A stretch of 64,000 nucleotides of DNA from Alphaproteobacteria bacterium (GTDB taxonomy: Bacteria; Pseudomonadota; Alphaproteobacteria; UBA828), in NCBI GenBank assembly GCA_965220745.1, contig CBDCQT010000013.1, forward strand, positions 32,001 to 96,000, read 5' to 3'. The position numbers were made by a program, and so were the translations under genes. Below are positions 28,245 through 39,558 of this stretch, piece after piece; the stretch's first letter is position 1, and the number at the start of each line of letters is the position of its first letter. The notes under the pieces are model-generated. The model was not told the origin of the DNA. It saw only the letters and a list, made by a program, of their open reading frames with translations, and did not search any database.

Positions 28245-29450
28245 TCAGGCCCCGGCCTTGGCCACCGCGTGTTGTGGCGCGCCGCCACTGCTCGGCAGCC
28301 AGAAGGCGATGATGGCGACCAGCGCCGCCGAGCCGCCGAGTCCGACGAAGAGCCAGAGGAAGCCGCCGGAAACACCGTGGAGGCCCGCGACCAGCGGCGC
28401 CGCCACCGCGCTCGCGCCGAGGCCGAGCAAGAACTTCACGCCGAAGATCCGCGCCCGCCAGCTCTCCTTCGTGTAACGCGTGACCAGCGCGTCCTGGATC
28501 GGAATCTCGCCCACCACCACCATCATCATCGCGAGCGCCACGATGATCAGGCCGTGGCCAGCGAGCACACCGGCAGCGGCGATCAGCGGCGCCTGGGCGA
28601 ACAGCACCGCGATCCAGACTGGCTTCGCCGGGTAGCGGTCGATCAGCCAGCCGACCCCGATCTGGGCGAAGGCGGCGATGGCGATGACGACCGAGACCAG
28701 CCCGCCGACTCCGAGGGCACTGTCGGTGATCCCGGTGAGCCCTTCGTCGAACAGCTTGGGGAGCGCGATGGTCGTGGTCTGGAACGTGAGTCCCGTGAGC
28801 GTCGTCGCGATGCCGATCACCAGCACCAGCCGCAGCAGCGTGCCCGAGGGCTGGCCGCCCCACCCCCGGCCCAGGGAGGGTCGGGAGGAGGTCTCCTCGC
28901 TGTTGCGCCACTGGCGGCAGACCGCGATGAACCAGAGCCCGATGACCAGCGAGACCGCGCCCGGCACGATGAATGCCGCACGCCAACTGATCGCATCGCT
29001 CAGCGACGCGGCCACGATCGCCGCCGCCGCGAGCCCGAAGTTCCCGGCGACTCCGTTGATCCCGAGCAGCTTGCCGACCTTCTCCCGCCCCTCCACCAGC
29101 ATGGCGATGCCGACCGGGTGATAGATCGAGGCGAAGAGGCCGATCAGCGTGAGCCCGACCGCAAGCTCGAACGGCGTGCGCGCGAAGCCGGTGAGGATGG
29201 ACGCGGCCCCGATGCCGACGAAGAAGATCGCGAGCATCGCGGGCCTGCTCCACCGGTCCCCCAACCAGCCGGCCGGCAGCGTGCCCGCGGCGAAGGCGAT
29301 GAAGCCGGGCACGGCGAGCGAGAGCAGCTCGCCGTAGGAGCGGTCGAACACCCCTTCGAGGGTGAGCACCACCGTCGGGTAGAGCAGCAGGAACAGGTGG
29401 TCGAGCCCGTGCCCGACGTTGATGAAGAGTATGCGGGAGCGGTCCGACAT
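28245..29450 (-). CDS. MFS transporter
   Basis: GWLGDRWSR motif A, YHPVG, about 12 hydrophobic segments. Confidence 0.92.
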   Translation of the reverse strand: MSDRSRILFINVGHGLDHLFLLLYPTVVLTLEGVFDRSYGELLSLAVPGFIAFAAGTLPAGWLGDRWSRPAMLAIFFVGIGAASILTGFARTPFELAVGLTLIGLFASIYHPVGIAMLVEGREKVGKLLGINGVAGNFGLAAAAIVAASLSDAISWRAAFIVPGAVSLVIGLWFIAVCRQWRNSEETSSRPSLGRGWGGQPSGTLLRLVLVIGIATTLTGLTFQTTTIALPKLFDEGLTGITDSALGVGGLVSVVIAIAAFAQIGVGWLIDRYPAKPVWIAVLFAQAPLIAAAGVLAGHGLIIVALAMMMVVVGEIPIQDALVTRYTKESWRARIFGVKFLLGLGASAVAAPLVAGLHGVSGGFLWLFVGLGGSAALVAIIAFWLPSSGGAPQHAVAKAGA

Positions 29451-29561
29451 CGCGTCCTCAGCCGCAGGGCACCGGCGAGACTGTCCCGGCGGGTCTCACC
29501 CTTGGCCGGTCTTCCGGTGCCGGGGGCCGGGCCGCATCGCGGGCGCGCGGCTGGCGCGGAA

Positions 29562-29635
29562 TGGAGCGGGTGAAGGGAATCGAACCCTCGTCGTAAGCTT
29601 GGGAAGCTTCTGCTCTACCATTGAGCTACACCCGC
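29562..29635 (-). tRNA. tRNA-Gly (anticodon CCC)
   Basis: GCGGGTGTAGCTCAATGGTAGAGCAGAAGCTTCCCAAGCTTACGACGAGGGTTCGATTCCCTTCACCCGCTCCA: cloverleaf, TTCGA T-loop, encoded CCA. Confidence 0.97.
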
Positions 29636-29709
29636 CCGGCCGGGAAGGATAGGGGCCCGCCGCGGCCCCCGCAAGCGGATCGGCGGCCGCACCATGATCG
29701 CCCAGTCCG

Positions 29710-30318
29710 TCATCGGCGGCTGCGCGATGTCTTGCCCTTGTCGACGATGCGTCCCTCCTTCAGGGCGAGAGCCTGCTCGATCAACTCCTCCTTCGAGTGC
29801 AGGAGGTCGCCCCTGGGCAGCTTCACGGAGTCCAGCAGCCGGTCCATCGCGTCGTCGTGGGGCTCGAGCGCGCCGTCGGCGAGAATGTGGGCGACGGCGA
29901 CGCCGCGCCCGGCGAGGCTGCGGCCGACCAGCAGCGTCCGGTGGCAGTCGAGAGGCTCCTTCTCCGCGCACATCAGCGCGATGCGCTCGTGCCCCGCTGC
30001 CTCCACCACCCGATCGATCCCCTCGCGATAGAGAGACGTCCGCGCCAGGCGATCGTAGCGCACGCGCCCGTCCTCGTAGCACGAGGGGTCTTCGGGGCGC
30101 CCGCCGAGCGCGTGCCCCATGAAGCGGTACGCGATGCCGTGCGTCTGCAGCGCGGCGTCGAGGGACTTGCGGTTGAACTGCGGGTTGAAGCGGCTGTAGG
30201 GCGTCGATCGAACGTCGGCGAGTGTCGTGACGTCGTGCTGCTGCAGGAGCGAGACGAAAGTCTCCAGCGGGTGGTTGGAATGCCCGACGGTCAGCACCAA
30301 TGCTTCCGCCTCCGTCAT
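29710..30318 (-). CDS. DUF488 family protein
   Basis: TVGHSN, DVRSTPYSR, LGGRP, LMCAE..P..CHR. Confidence 0.9.
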   Translation of the reverse strand: MTEAEALVLTVGHSNHPLETFVSLLQQHDVTTLADVRSTPYSRFNPQFNRKSLDAALQTHGIAYRFMGHALGGRPEDPSCYEDGRVRYDRLARTSLYREGIDRVVEAAGHERIALMCAEKEPLDCHRTLLVGRSLAGRGVAVAHILADGALEPHDDAMDRLLDSVKLPRGDLLHSKEELIEQALALKEGRIVDKGKTSRSRR

Positions 30319-30431
30319 GGGGGCGCTCCACTGTCGGCCCGAGCGCCGTCCAGCTCCGGGCGATGGCGTTTCGCGTGTGCATGTGGTGAGGTGCGCCCAG
30401 CAACGCAACGCACGGCTGGAGGAGGGGAACG

Positions 30432-30857
30432 ATGACACAGGACGCCACGGCGGAAGGCTTGGAAGCCGCCTTCCACGCATGGGCGCGCGGGCTCAACGAG
30501 GGCGACCTCGACGCCTTCTGGAGCGCCTTCGACGACGGCGCCGAGATTCTCGACGAGGATTACCCTTGGCGGATGACGCTGGAGGAGTTCAAGGACCATA
30601 TCGACTTTCACGCCGGCGGCACCGGGCTGTGGGAGCACTTCAAGTGGATCCCGCGGGAGCTGAACGTCAGGGTCTGGGGCACCACGGGACATGTCAGCGG
30701 CTTCTCGACCTTTCGCGGCAAGCCGCGCGACGCGGGCTTCCGGCAGCGCTTCATGGGCTTCACCCAGACCTGGTACCACATGAACGGCAAGTGGCTTCAG
30801 GTCTGCTGGCATCAGAGCCCGCTGCTCGGTCGCATCCACGGCGCCTCGCCAAGTTAA
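30432..30857 (+). CDS. NTF2/SnoaL-like (DUF4440-type) protein
   Basis: W..GLNEGDLDA start and NGKWLQVCWHQS end; RBS GGAGG. Confidence 0.8.
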   Translation: MTQDATAEGLEAAFHAWARGLNEGDLDAFWSAFDDGAEILDEDYPWRMTLEEFKDHIDFHAGGTGLWEHFKWIPRELNVRVWGTTGHVSGFSTFRGKPRDAGFRQRFMGFTQTWYHMNGKWLQVCWHQSPLLGRIHGASPS

Positions 30858-31498
30858 CCAAAGCACCGCGTCGGGTCACGTCAACCGGCGCGATTCGAAC
30901 TGTAAGGTTTGCGTTGCCGATGCGGGCGCTATCGTCGGCCGCTCACGGGTAAACGCTTTGGCGCGTGCGAATTAGCGTGCATCGGCTTGGCACCTTGACG
31001 GTGCGCGAGCGAGCTCCTGCTCAAGAATTAACGTGTGTTATCCCCAGATAGAGTAAACTTGATCCTCCTTCTCGTCGTCGATCGCCTCTCCGGGCAGTCC
31101 CTCCCAAACGCGGTGGGCAACCGAATGCGGGCGCACCTGCCTGCGTGGCGAACGCGTTCATTCAACGGTCCTGCATGCTCTCAGCGGGCCCAATTCGGAT
31201 TAACGAGCCGCAGAAGGGCATTGGGCGATATTCCTAAACCGTCCCTGGGATTTATTCGTGCTCTTTACAACCCTACGGGTTCGTCATGCCTCGGAGTCTC
31301 CGATGCTTTCGACCCCGCCTAAAGCGCTATCGTGGGGTCAACATTTGCAACTACCGATTCGGACCTGTCCGGAATGAAGCGTTCTCCTGAATCAGCCCCA
31401 TGCGGGCATGAATCTGGCAAAACGATGACGAAGTCTGTAACGTTTTCTCTCGGACACGAGTTAACTGATCGGGTCGATTTGAAACCTCAACATTAGCG

Positions 31499-32425
31499 CT
31501 AGATGCATTTTTCAAAAAAGTTCAAGCATTTGCGAGCGAGGGGCCGCTGTCGCCCCTTCTTTGTAACCACGGCGCAAAATCGATTGTCGGTCTCCAGAAA
31601 TTTGTCATTGAGAGTGATCAGCGCACCCGACTCAAGATAACGCTCGATGAAATGACGCCAGCCCAGTGCAATGCCCTGCCCCGCGGCGGCGGCCTCCAGC
31701 ACGTATGTGTAGTTGTCATAATTCGCGTACCTGGGTTCGGAGCCGGGGCGCCCGACGACGTCGAACCAATCGTCCCACGACGCCCACCCCTCATTGGGCC
31801 GCGCAATATCGAGAAACGTCAACTTGCTCCAATCGGTTACGGGCTGCCTGAGTGTTTCGGCATGAAGCGCGGCGTAGCCCGGCGAGCAAAGGGGGCTGAC
31901 CTTTTCCTGAAGTATGACCGCACAGTCCTCGGGGGTGTTGGTTGCCGGATCCCACGACAACAGGACATCCGCGACCGGCGTTGGTGGCAAGTATCGAATG
32001 TTATGTTGGTAAGTCAGAATCCGAATTCGAACCTGATCGCCGAGCGCCTTTTGGAGCGCGTCGTATCGCGGCATCACGAAAAGGTGCGATATCTCGTCGG
32101 AGCAGGCGATCACCAGCTCCACTTGCTCGACAGACGATAGTTCGGCGACTTCGGCAGCGCCCGCATGGATAGCGCCGAGGCCGATGGCGACGGCGTCACG
32201 ATAGCGGCTGCCGGCGTCGGTCAGGCTCACCCCGGTCCGCGACCGATGGAACAGTCGAGTGGAAAGTTGCCGCTCCAGGCTCGCAATGTGGCGGCTGATG
32301 GCAGATTGGGACGTGCGCAGCTCCCGAGCGGCACGCGAGAAATTGCCGTGCCGCGCGGCGCTCTCGAAAGCGATCAGAGCACTCGTCGGCGGAATCCGGT
32401 ATGGCCCGCGGCGACTCATGTCCAT
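31499..32425 (-). CDS. LysR family transcriptional regulator (GcvA-like)
   Basis: L.AFESAARHGNFSRAARELRTSQSAISRHIASLE HTH; EAAAAGQGIALG. Confidence 0.92.
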   Translation of the reverse strand: MDMSRRGPYRIPPTSALIAFESAARHGNFSRAARELRTSQSAISRHIASLERQLSTRLFHRSRTGVSLTDAGSRYRDAVAIGLGAIHAGAAEVAELSSVEQVELVIACSDEISHLFVMPRYDALQKALGDQVRIRILTYQHNIRYLPPTPVADVLLSWDPATNTPEDCAVILQEKVSPLCSPGYAALHAETLRQPVTDWSKLTFLDIARPNEGWASWDDWFDVVGRPGSEPRYANYDNYTYVLEAAAAGQGIALGWRHFIERYLESGALITLNDKFLETDNRFCAVVTKKGRQRPLARKCLNFFEKCI

Positions 32426-33027
32426 TGTGGTATACTCTTGGAGTCCAAATGGCAATAATTCGCTGCGGTCTCAATATAATTAATGCGGCAACATATCAGG
32501 AGGAATACTCGTTATATCGAGATTGACATCAATTGTATTTGCTGAGAGACTGGTTCTATATTGGATTTTCTAATGACCCTGCTTCCAAAATCGAGCAAGG
32601 TCATCAGGCAAGGTGGTGGCACCTCGGGCCGGAGGCGGTTCCGAAAAGAGACAACATCGGACCCTGAGGGAATTTCAGGTACGTCTGTAAGTGCAGGGAC
32701 CGATTAACTCTCACCCGACAGCTGGTCGAAGCGGAAACCTCGCGAAGATGAGGGGTGCGAAACTCGTTCGCGCACCTTCCCCGCACAGAATGTTCATCTG
32801 CGGTTCTGCCGGAAGGCAGATCGAACCCATTCACATCGACGTCGAATAACAACCCAACTCGGTCTTGATCATGGCCCTTCAGGAGTTCTCCCTCGGTTGC
32901 CGCGTATTTCGTTGGATCGACACTTGTCGAACGACCTTCCCCGCTTCCGCGCTTGCCGCTTGACCCTTCGCCTCCCGCTGCCAAGCTGACACGAAAGCGG
33001 CGGGCACGGACGAAGAGGAGACGAGCG

Positions 33028-33879
33028 ATGGAAGGCAAGCTCTGCGTCGTCACCGGCGCGACCGACGGGATCGGACGCGTCACTGCGCGGGCGCTGGCCG
33101 AGCGAGGTGCCGAGGTCGTGCTCGTGGGGCGCAACGCCGCCAAGGGCGCGGAGGTCTGCAAGGCAATCCATCGCTCGTCGCGCAACAACCGCGTGCGCTT
33201 CGAGCAGGCGGACCTATCGAGGCAGGCCGAGATCAGGGCGTTGGCAAAGCGCCTCACCGAGGGCGGCACCGCCATCGACGTGCTGGTGAACAACGTCGGC
33301 GCAATATTCAATCGCCGGCGTGAAAGCGCGGACGGCATCGAGATGACCTTCGCCCTCAACCATCTGGGCTACTTCCTGCTGACCGGGCTCTTGCTGGAGA
33401 GTCTGAAGGCGAGTGCCGTCGCCCGCATCGTCAACGTCGCCTCCGAGGCCCATCGTGGCGGACAGATGGACCTGGAAGACCCGCAGGGGACGAAACGCTA
33501 CAGCGGCTGGCGCGCCTATCAGCAGAGCAAGCTCGCGAACGTCCTCTTCACCTACCGCCTCGCGGCGCTGCTGGAGGGGACGCCCGTCACGGCGAACTGC
33601 CTGCACCCCGGATTCGTTGCCAGCAAGTTCGGGCAGAACAACGGCTGGCTCTTCTCCACGTTTCTGAAGACCATCATGCGCTTCTCCGCGATCGACGTGG
33701 AGGCCGGCGCGCGCACCAGCGTCCATGTTGCGACCAGCGCGGATGTCGAAGGCGTCTCCGGCCGCTATTTCGACAAGTCCCACGAAACTACGAGTTCTCT
33801 CGTCTCGCGCGACGAAGAGACTGCGCTCCGCCTGTGGGAGCTCAGCGAGAGCCTGACCGGCTTTCGGATTTTGTCTTGA
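33028..33879 (+). CDS. SDR oxidoreductase (retinol dehydrogenase/WWOX-like)
   Basis: TGATDGIG, DGIEMTFALNHLG, YQQSKLAN, HPG. Confidence 0.92.
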   Translation: MEGKLCVVTGATDGIGRVTARALAERGAEVVLVGRNAAKGAEVCKAIHRSSRNNRVRFEQADLSRQAEIRALAKRLTEGGTAIDVLVNNVGAIFNRRRESADGIEMTFALNHLGYFLLTGLLLESLKASAVARIVNVASEAHRGGQMDLEDPQGTKRYSGWRAYQQSKLANVLFTYRLAALLEGTPVTANCLHPGFVASKFGQNNGWLFSTFLKTIMRFSAIDVEAGARTSVHVATSADVEGVSGRYFDKSHETTSSLVSRDEETALRLWELSESLTGFRILS

Positions 33880-34000
33880 ACGCTGGGGAAACGGCTGTCT
33901 CAATACTTTGTATCGGGACCTGACGGGAGGCCGTTGCACTTGGCCGGATAGTTGATATACACATCACTTCAAGAGTGGTTCGCAAGAAGGAAACAAACGA

Positions 34001-34450
34001 ATGGTAGAGAGTCATAATGGAAGGATGTCGATATTTCTGAACATCTGCGCAGTTATTATTTCCCTTTTGTTGTTCTACTCAACACCTGTCGGTGGGCAGG
34101 ACGCTGAATCGGAAGCGTGGCTCGCATTGGAAATGTGGGAACCTTTGTCGATTGAACAGAATGGTCCAAGCCTGGTGGTAACAGCCAAGGAGCGAAGCGT
34201 CACCCAGACCATCTATACTGCAATGATCGGTTTTGGCATTTGTCTATATGTTGTAACTGGCGAAATTGAACTTCCGGGAATTTCGGAAATCGTCGTTCTC
34301 AATCGGTTTAGAGCGTCCGGATGGGTATTCGAAGGCGGTCAATCTTCCTGTACACAGATGGCAAACGTTCCCACTTCTAAGTTAGATCTATTAATACTTG
34401 GTCAATCACATATGTACTCCTGCTCATCTGGGCGCGACTGCAAATATTAA
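34001..34450 (+). CDS. Hypothetical exported protein with AT-richer composition
   Basis: 149-codon ORF with an N-terminal hydrophobic segment; AAGGA upstream. Confidence 0.6.
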   Translation: MVESHNGRMSIFLNICAVIISLLLFYSTPVGGQDAESEAWLALEMWEPLSIEQNGPSLVVTAKERSVTQTIYTAMIGFGICLYVVTGEIELPGISEIVVLNRFRASGWVFEGGQSSCTQMANVPTSKLDLLILGQSHMYSCSSGRDCKY

Positions 34451-34513
34451 CCGTCGCTGCCCACCGGTAGCCTGACTTGAGCGAACGGGCTTCCGGGGCG
34501 CCGTAGGTAGGCA

Positions 34514-35446
34514 CTATTCCCCCGCGTCGCGGAGGTGCGCGGCGAGGCCCATGAGGCGGCGGTCGCGCCATGCCTGGCGCCCGGTGTGGTCCTCCATGGG
34601 CAACCGCTCCCGGCGCTCCTGGTGCGCCTTGAAAACCACCGCGTCGGACCAGGGCTGGGCCGGCTCCCCCTGCTTCACGAACTCGTAGAAGCCCTCGCCG
34701 AGGCGCGCGCAGAAGTCGGCGAGGCCGCCCGGCGCGTTCAGGTCGATGGTCTCGAACGGCCCGATGAATGACCAGCGACGGCCGAGGCCGGCCGAGATCG
34801 TCGTGTCGATATCCTTCGCCGTGGCGTAGCCGCCTTCCAGCAGACGGAAGGCTTCCCACAAGAGCGCCGCCTGCAGCCGGTTGGCGATGAAGCCGTCGAT
34901 CTCGCGCGTGAGCCTGACCGGCTCCATGCCGGCGGCTTCCATCAGCGCCCAGCAGCGCGTGACCGTCTCTTCCTCGGTCCAGGGCGCCGGCACGATCTCG
35001 ACGAGCGGGATCACATAGGGCGGGTTGATGGGATGCGCGATCAGGCAGCGCGGGGCTATGCCCAACCCCTCGGTGAAGGTCGACGCGGGAATCCCTGAGG
35101 ACGACGAGCCCACGACCAGCGCCGGCCCGGCGATGCCGTCGATCTGCTCGTACACCGCGCGCTTCACGTCGGCGCGCTCGAACACGCTCTCTTGTGCGTA
35201 GGCCGCGCCGTCGAGGGCATCGGCGAGCCCGGTAGAAATGGAGATGCGCGCCCGCGCGGCCGCAGGATCGTCGATCAGCCCGTGGCCTTGGAGGGCCTCG
35301 AGGTTGGTCTCGATGCGCGCGAGCGCGGCCTCGCACTGGCCTTCCGTCCCGTCGTAGAGCGCGACCCGGTGGCCCGCGCGGGCGAAGACGATCGCCCAGG
35401 CGCTGCCGACCAGGCCGGCACCGACAATCGCGATCTTGTCTGGCAT
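34514..35446 (-). CDS. 3-hydroxyacyl-CoA dehydrogenase family (lambda-crystallin/carnitine dehydrogenase-like)
   Basis: VGAGLVG..WA, QESVFE, SSSSG, HPINPP...PLVE, GFIANRLQ. Confidence 0.9.
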   Translation of the reverse strand: MPDKIAIVGAGLVGSAWAIVFARAGHRVALYDGTEGQCEAALARIETNLEALQGHGLIDDPAAARARISISTGLADALDGAAYAQESVFERADVKRAVYEQIDGIAGPALVVGSSSSGIPASTFTEGLGIAPRCLIAHPINPPYVIPLVEIVPAPWTEEETVTRCWALMEAAGMEPVRLTREIDGFIANRLQAALLWEAFRLLEGGYATAKDIDTTISAGLGRRWSFIGPFETIDLNAPGGLADFCARLGEGFYEFVKQGEPAQPWSDAVVFKAHQERRERLPMEDHTGRQAWRDRRLMGLAAHLRDAGE

Positions 35447-35458
35447 GGCGGTCTCTCC

Positions 35459-36508
<1,050 letters not shown>

Positions 36509-36513
36509 CGCCC

Positions 36514-36876
36514 TTACGCTCGCCGCCGGGCGGCGCGGCCCCCGGCGGCTGGCGCTGCCTCGAGCCGTTCCACCAGGGCGGGGTCGAGCGGGTCGGGCGC
36601 GTACCCGACCAGACCCTCGACTGCGGCCCAGAGCGTAGGCAGGTCCGTCGCCATCTCGGTCGCGCCGCCGCTCCGCCTATGCACCATGTATTGCGCGCCG
36701 GCCCAGTCGTCGGCGGTGCAGCCGTAGGCGCCCAGCACGCGGTTCAGCAGCGCGAGGCGGCGCGTGCGCTCCAGGTGCCGCTCCCGGCCGGTCGGCGCCG
36801 CGTCGCTCCGGCCCGCATCGGTGCCTGCCTCAGTCCAGTGCGGGCCGTCGGTGAGGACGCCGCAGAGCGCGCACAT
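36514..36876 (-). CDS. Small N-terminal CxxC hypothetical protein
   Basis: MCALCGVL...HWTEAGTDAGR...PDPLDPAL; tightly spaced in the operon; paralog at 14602-14955. Confidence 0.85.
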   Translation of the reverse strand: MCALCGVLTDGPHWTEAGTDAGRSDAAPTGRERHLERTRRLALLNRVLGAYGCTADDWAGAQYMVHRRSGGATEMATDLPTLWAAVEGLVGYAPDPLDPALVERLEAAPAAGGRAARRRA

Positions 36877-36890
36877 CGCGGGCGAGCGGC

Positions 36891-37793
36891 CTACTTCTTC
36901 CGTTGCCGCTTGCCCTTGAACGGACGGCGCTTGATGAAGTCGTCGGCGATCTCGTCGAAGGTCGCCCAGATCACCCCCTCATGGTTGGCGATGTGGGCGA
37001 TGATCCGCTCCAGCATCAGCAGTGTCTGCGGCCGGCCGGAGATGTCGGGGTGGATGGTGAGCGTGTAGACCGCGTAGTCCATCTCCCGATAGACCCAGTC
37101 GAACTGATCGCGCCACCAGTCCTCGATGTCGCGCGGGTTGGTCCAGCCGCCGGAGTTCGGCACCTTCTTCATGAACATCATCGGCGGCAGATCGTCGAGG
37201 TACCAGCTGCCGGGGATCTGCACGATGGGGAATGTGGTGCCCTTCTTCATCGGCTTCATCCACGACTTCGCCGGCTTGGAATAGTCGATCAACGTCCACT
37301 CCTCGTTGATCCGCATCCAGTAGGGCTCGAAGTCATTGTGCATCTGGCTGTGGTCGTACTTGATGCCGCGCTCCATCAGCAGGTGCGGCGTGTACGCGCT
37401 CATCTCCCACCAGGGTGCGACATAGCCCGTGGGCGCCTTGCCGGCGAGCTTGGTGACCAGATCCAGGGACTTGTCGAGGACGTCCGCCTCCTGCTCGGGC
37501 GTCATGGCGATCGGGTTCTCGTGGGTGTAGCCGTGCATCCCGATCTCGTGCCCCGCCGCCGCGACCGCCTTCATCTCCCTGGGGAAGGTCTCGATCGAAT
37601 GGCCGGGAATGAACCAGCTGGTCTGAATGCCCACCCGGTCGAACAGCTTGAGCATGCGGGGGGTTCCGACCTCGGAGGCGAACACGCCCCGCGAGATGTC
37701 GCTCGGCGAATCGCCGCCGGCATAGGAGCCGATCTGCCCTGCCACCGAATCGACGTCCACGCCGATCCCCACGAAGATTTCCTTCTTGGCCAT
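36891..37793 (-). CDS. Polysaccharide deacetylase family (NodB fold, PgdA/PuuE-like) hydrolase
   Basis: [37 protein letters not shown]. Confidence 0.93.
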   Translation of the reverse strand: MAKKEIFVGIGVDVDSVAGQIGSYAGGDSPSDISRGVFASEVGTPRMLKLFDRVGIQTSWFIPGHSIETFPREMKAVAAAGHEIGMHGYTHENPIAMTPEQEADVLDKSLDLVTKLAGKAPTGYVAPWWEMSAYTPHLLMERGIKYDHSQMHNDFEPYWMRINEEWTLIDYSKPAKSWMKPMKKGTTFPIVQIPGSWYLDDLPPMMFMKKVPNSGGWTNPRDIEDWWRDQFDWVYREMDYAVYTLTIHPDISGRPQTLLMLERIIAHIANHEGVIWATFDEIADDFIKRRPFKGKRQRKK

Positions 37794-37823
37794 CGCGACC
37801 TCCTCTCGGCTTGATTGGCGCGG

Positions 37824-37852
37824 AGACTATGAGAGCCGGGGGGCGCTGACAA
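37824..37852 (-). promoter_or_regulatory. Putative sigma70 promoter of the deacetylase operon
   Basis: TTGTCA-N17-TAGTCT, about 30 nt upstream of the ATG, with a GAGGAGG RBS. Confidence 0.6.
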
Positions 37853-37880
37853 CCGGTGCCGATCCGGCGGCGCAGGAGGA

Positions 37881-37940
37881 GAGGTGGGATTTGCCGAGAT
37901 TAAGTGGGATTGAGTGGGATTAGGCGGGATGAGTGGGATT
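37881..37940. repeat. Tandem array of six approximately 10-bp units (core GTGGGAT)
   Basis: GAGGTGGGAT TTGCCGAGAT TAAGTGGGAT TGAGTGGGAT TAGGCGGGAT GAGTGGGATT. Confidence 0.8.
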
Positions 37941-38100
37941 CCTCGGGACGAGCGGCGGCCTGCGCGGGCTGCGGCCACTTGACCGGGAAACGCTATCTTG
38001 CCGCAACTGCGGTGCCCTGTTCACCTTCGTTTCGCATGGCGCGAGTCTGGCGCGGACTGCAGGCATCGTGCACCGCACCATGGTCCGGGGCAAGGGTCGG

Positions 38101-39504
38101 CTACCCCTCGAGACCCGGAGGCACGCGCAGGTGCCAGTCGGTGGCCTGCTCGTAGGCCCAGCCGATGCGAAGCGCCGTCGCCTCGTCCCGGCCGCAGCAG
38201 ACGATGTGCAGCGAGGTCGGCAGGCCGTTCGCCGCAGCACCGTTTGGCACCACGAGGGCGCACAACTCCAGCCAGTTGACCATGCGTGTGAAGTGGGCGG
38301 GCGTCTGGGTCTGGTCGATCTCGTCTACCACTGGCGCAGGCGTCAGCGTGCCCGGCGTGAGCAGGGCGTCGAATCCCTCCATCGCCGCGAGCGCGGCCCG
38401 CTTGTCCTCGTCCCGCGCACGCATCATCGCCATGTATTCGACGGCGGAGACGCCGCGGCCGAGCTGGATGCGCGGGCGCACGTCGTCGTCGATGCGGAGC
38501 GACTCGTTGTCCACCAGCGCACCGACGTGGAAGTAGCCCTCCGTGCCGATCAGCTTGCCCACGCTGTTGCCGTATTCGGCGACGGAGCGCGGCAGCGCCA
38601 GCGTCTCGCACCGCGCACCGGCCTGCTCCAGAACCTCCACGGAGGCGTCAAAGGCCGCGAGCATCTCGGCATCCACGCCGTGCCGCTCGGCCTCGGCCAT
38701 GACGCCCAGGCGAAGCCCGGCGACGCCCCGTTGCAATGCGGGGAACACATCGGCGGGCACATGGCGCCGCGTCGCCGGGTCGGCGGGATCGGGCCCCTGC
38801 AGCACCGTGTATAAGTGCGCCGCGTCCTCTACCGTCCGCGTCATGGGGCCGGGCGTGTCGAGGGAGTGCGAGAGCGGCGCCACCCCGGCCGCGCTCACCT
38901 GCCCGATGGTCACCTTGAGGCCGGCGAGCCCGCACCAGGCGGATGGAATGCGCACGGAACCGCCGGTGTCGGTGCCGATGGCCCAGGGCGCGAGGCGCGC
39001 GGCGACGGAGACGCCCGAGCCGCTGCTGGAGCCACCTGGGGCGCGGTGCACCTCGGCATCCCACGGATTGCGCGGCGTCCCCATGTGCCGGTTGGTGCCC
39101 CAGCCACCCATGGCGAATTCCACGGTGTTGGCCTTGCCGATGACGATCATTCCGGCCTCGATCAGCCGGCGCGCGAGCGTCGCGGTCGTGGGCGAGACCC
39201 GGTCCGCCCAGTGCCTGCTGCCGATCGTGGTGATGCGGCCCTCGATGTCGATGATGTCCTTCAGCGCGATCGGCACCCCGTGCCAGGGGCCGATGCCGTG
39301 CCCTGAGCGGATGGCCTTGTGCGCGGCCTCGGCCGCGGCGCGCGCTTCGTCCCGGTAGACCGCGGCGAAGGCGTGCAGTCGCTCCTCGTGCGCGTCGATC
39401 TGGTCGAGCAGGGCGTCCACGAGATCGACCGGGCTGAGCCGCCCGGCCTGGATCGCCCCGCTGGCTTCGGTCGCAGTGAGGAACGCCGGATTCGATGACG
39501 ACAT
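38101..39504 (-). CDS. Amidase signature family enzyme
   Basis: GVPIALKD, PGGSSSGS, GTDTGGSVRIP (Lys-cisSer-Ser triad). Confidence 0.95.
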   Translation of the reverse strand: MSSSNPAFLTATEASGAIQAGRLSPVDLVDALLDQIDAHEERLHAFAAVYRDEARAAAEAAHKAIRSGHGIGPWHGVPIALKDIIDIEGRITTIGSRHWADRVSPTTATLARRLIEAGMIVIGKANTVEFAMGGWGTNRHMGTPRNPWDAEVHRAPGGSSSGSGVSVAARLAPWAIGTDTGGSVRIPSAWCGLAGLKVTIGQVSAAGVAPLSHSLDTPGPMTRTVEDAAHLYTVLQGPDPADPATRRHVPADVFPALQRGVAGLRLGVMAEAERHGVDAEMLAAFDASVEVLEQAGARCETLALPRSVAEYGNSVGKLIGTEGYFHVGALVDNESLRIDDDVRPRIQLGRGVSAVEYMAMMRARDEDKRAALAAMEGFDALLTPGTLTPAPVVDEIDQTQTPAHFTRMVNWLELCALVVPNGAAANGLPTSLHIVCCGRDEATALRIGWAYEQATDWHLRVPPGLEG

Positions 39505-39558
39505 GGAAGACTCCCTGAACGATGTGTGCGTCGAGGCTCGGGGTAGGGGCGCTGCCGT

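Noticed and set aside
29562-29635. tRNA-Gly as an integration site for a prophage or ICE
   Set aside because: No integrase and no duplicated tRNA 3' end noticed in the window
31085-31110. GGGAGGGACTGCCC on the minus strand, resembling SAM-I P2
   Set aside because: No P1, AGA junction or GCAACC/GGTGC core around it
32780-32935. Possible BrnT-like toxin remnant on the minus strand
   Set aside because: Similarity is limited to a few scattered residues and cannot be supported without a profile search
37881-37940. Possible CRISPR array
   Set aside because: Units are 10 bp with no unique spacers, and there are no cas genes in the window
37980-38035. ETLSCRNCGALFTF, resembling half a zinc ribbon
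   Set aside because: No second CxxC, and the ORF runs antisense into the amidase; probably chance
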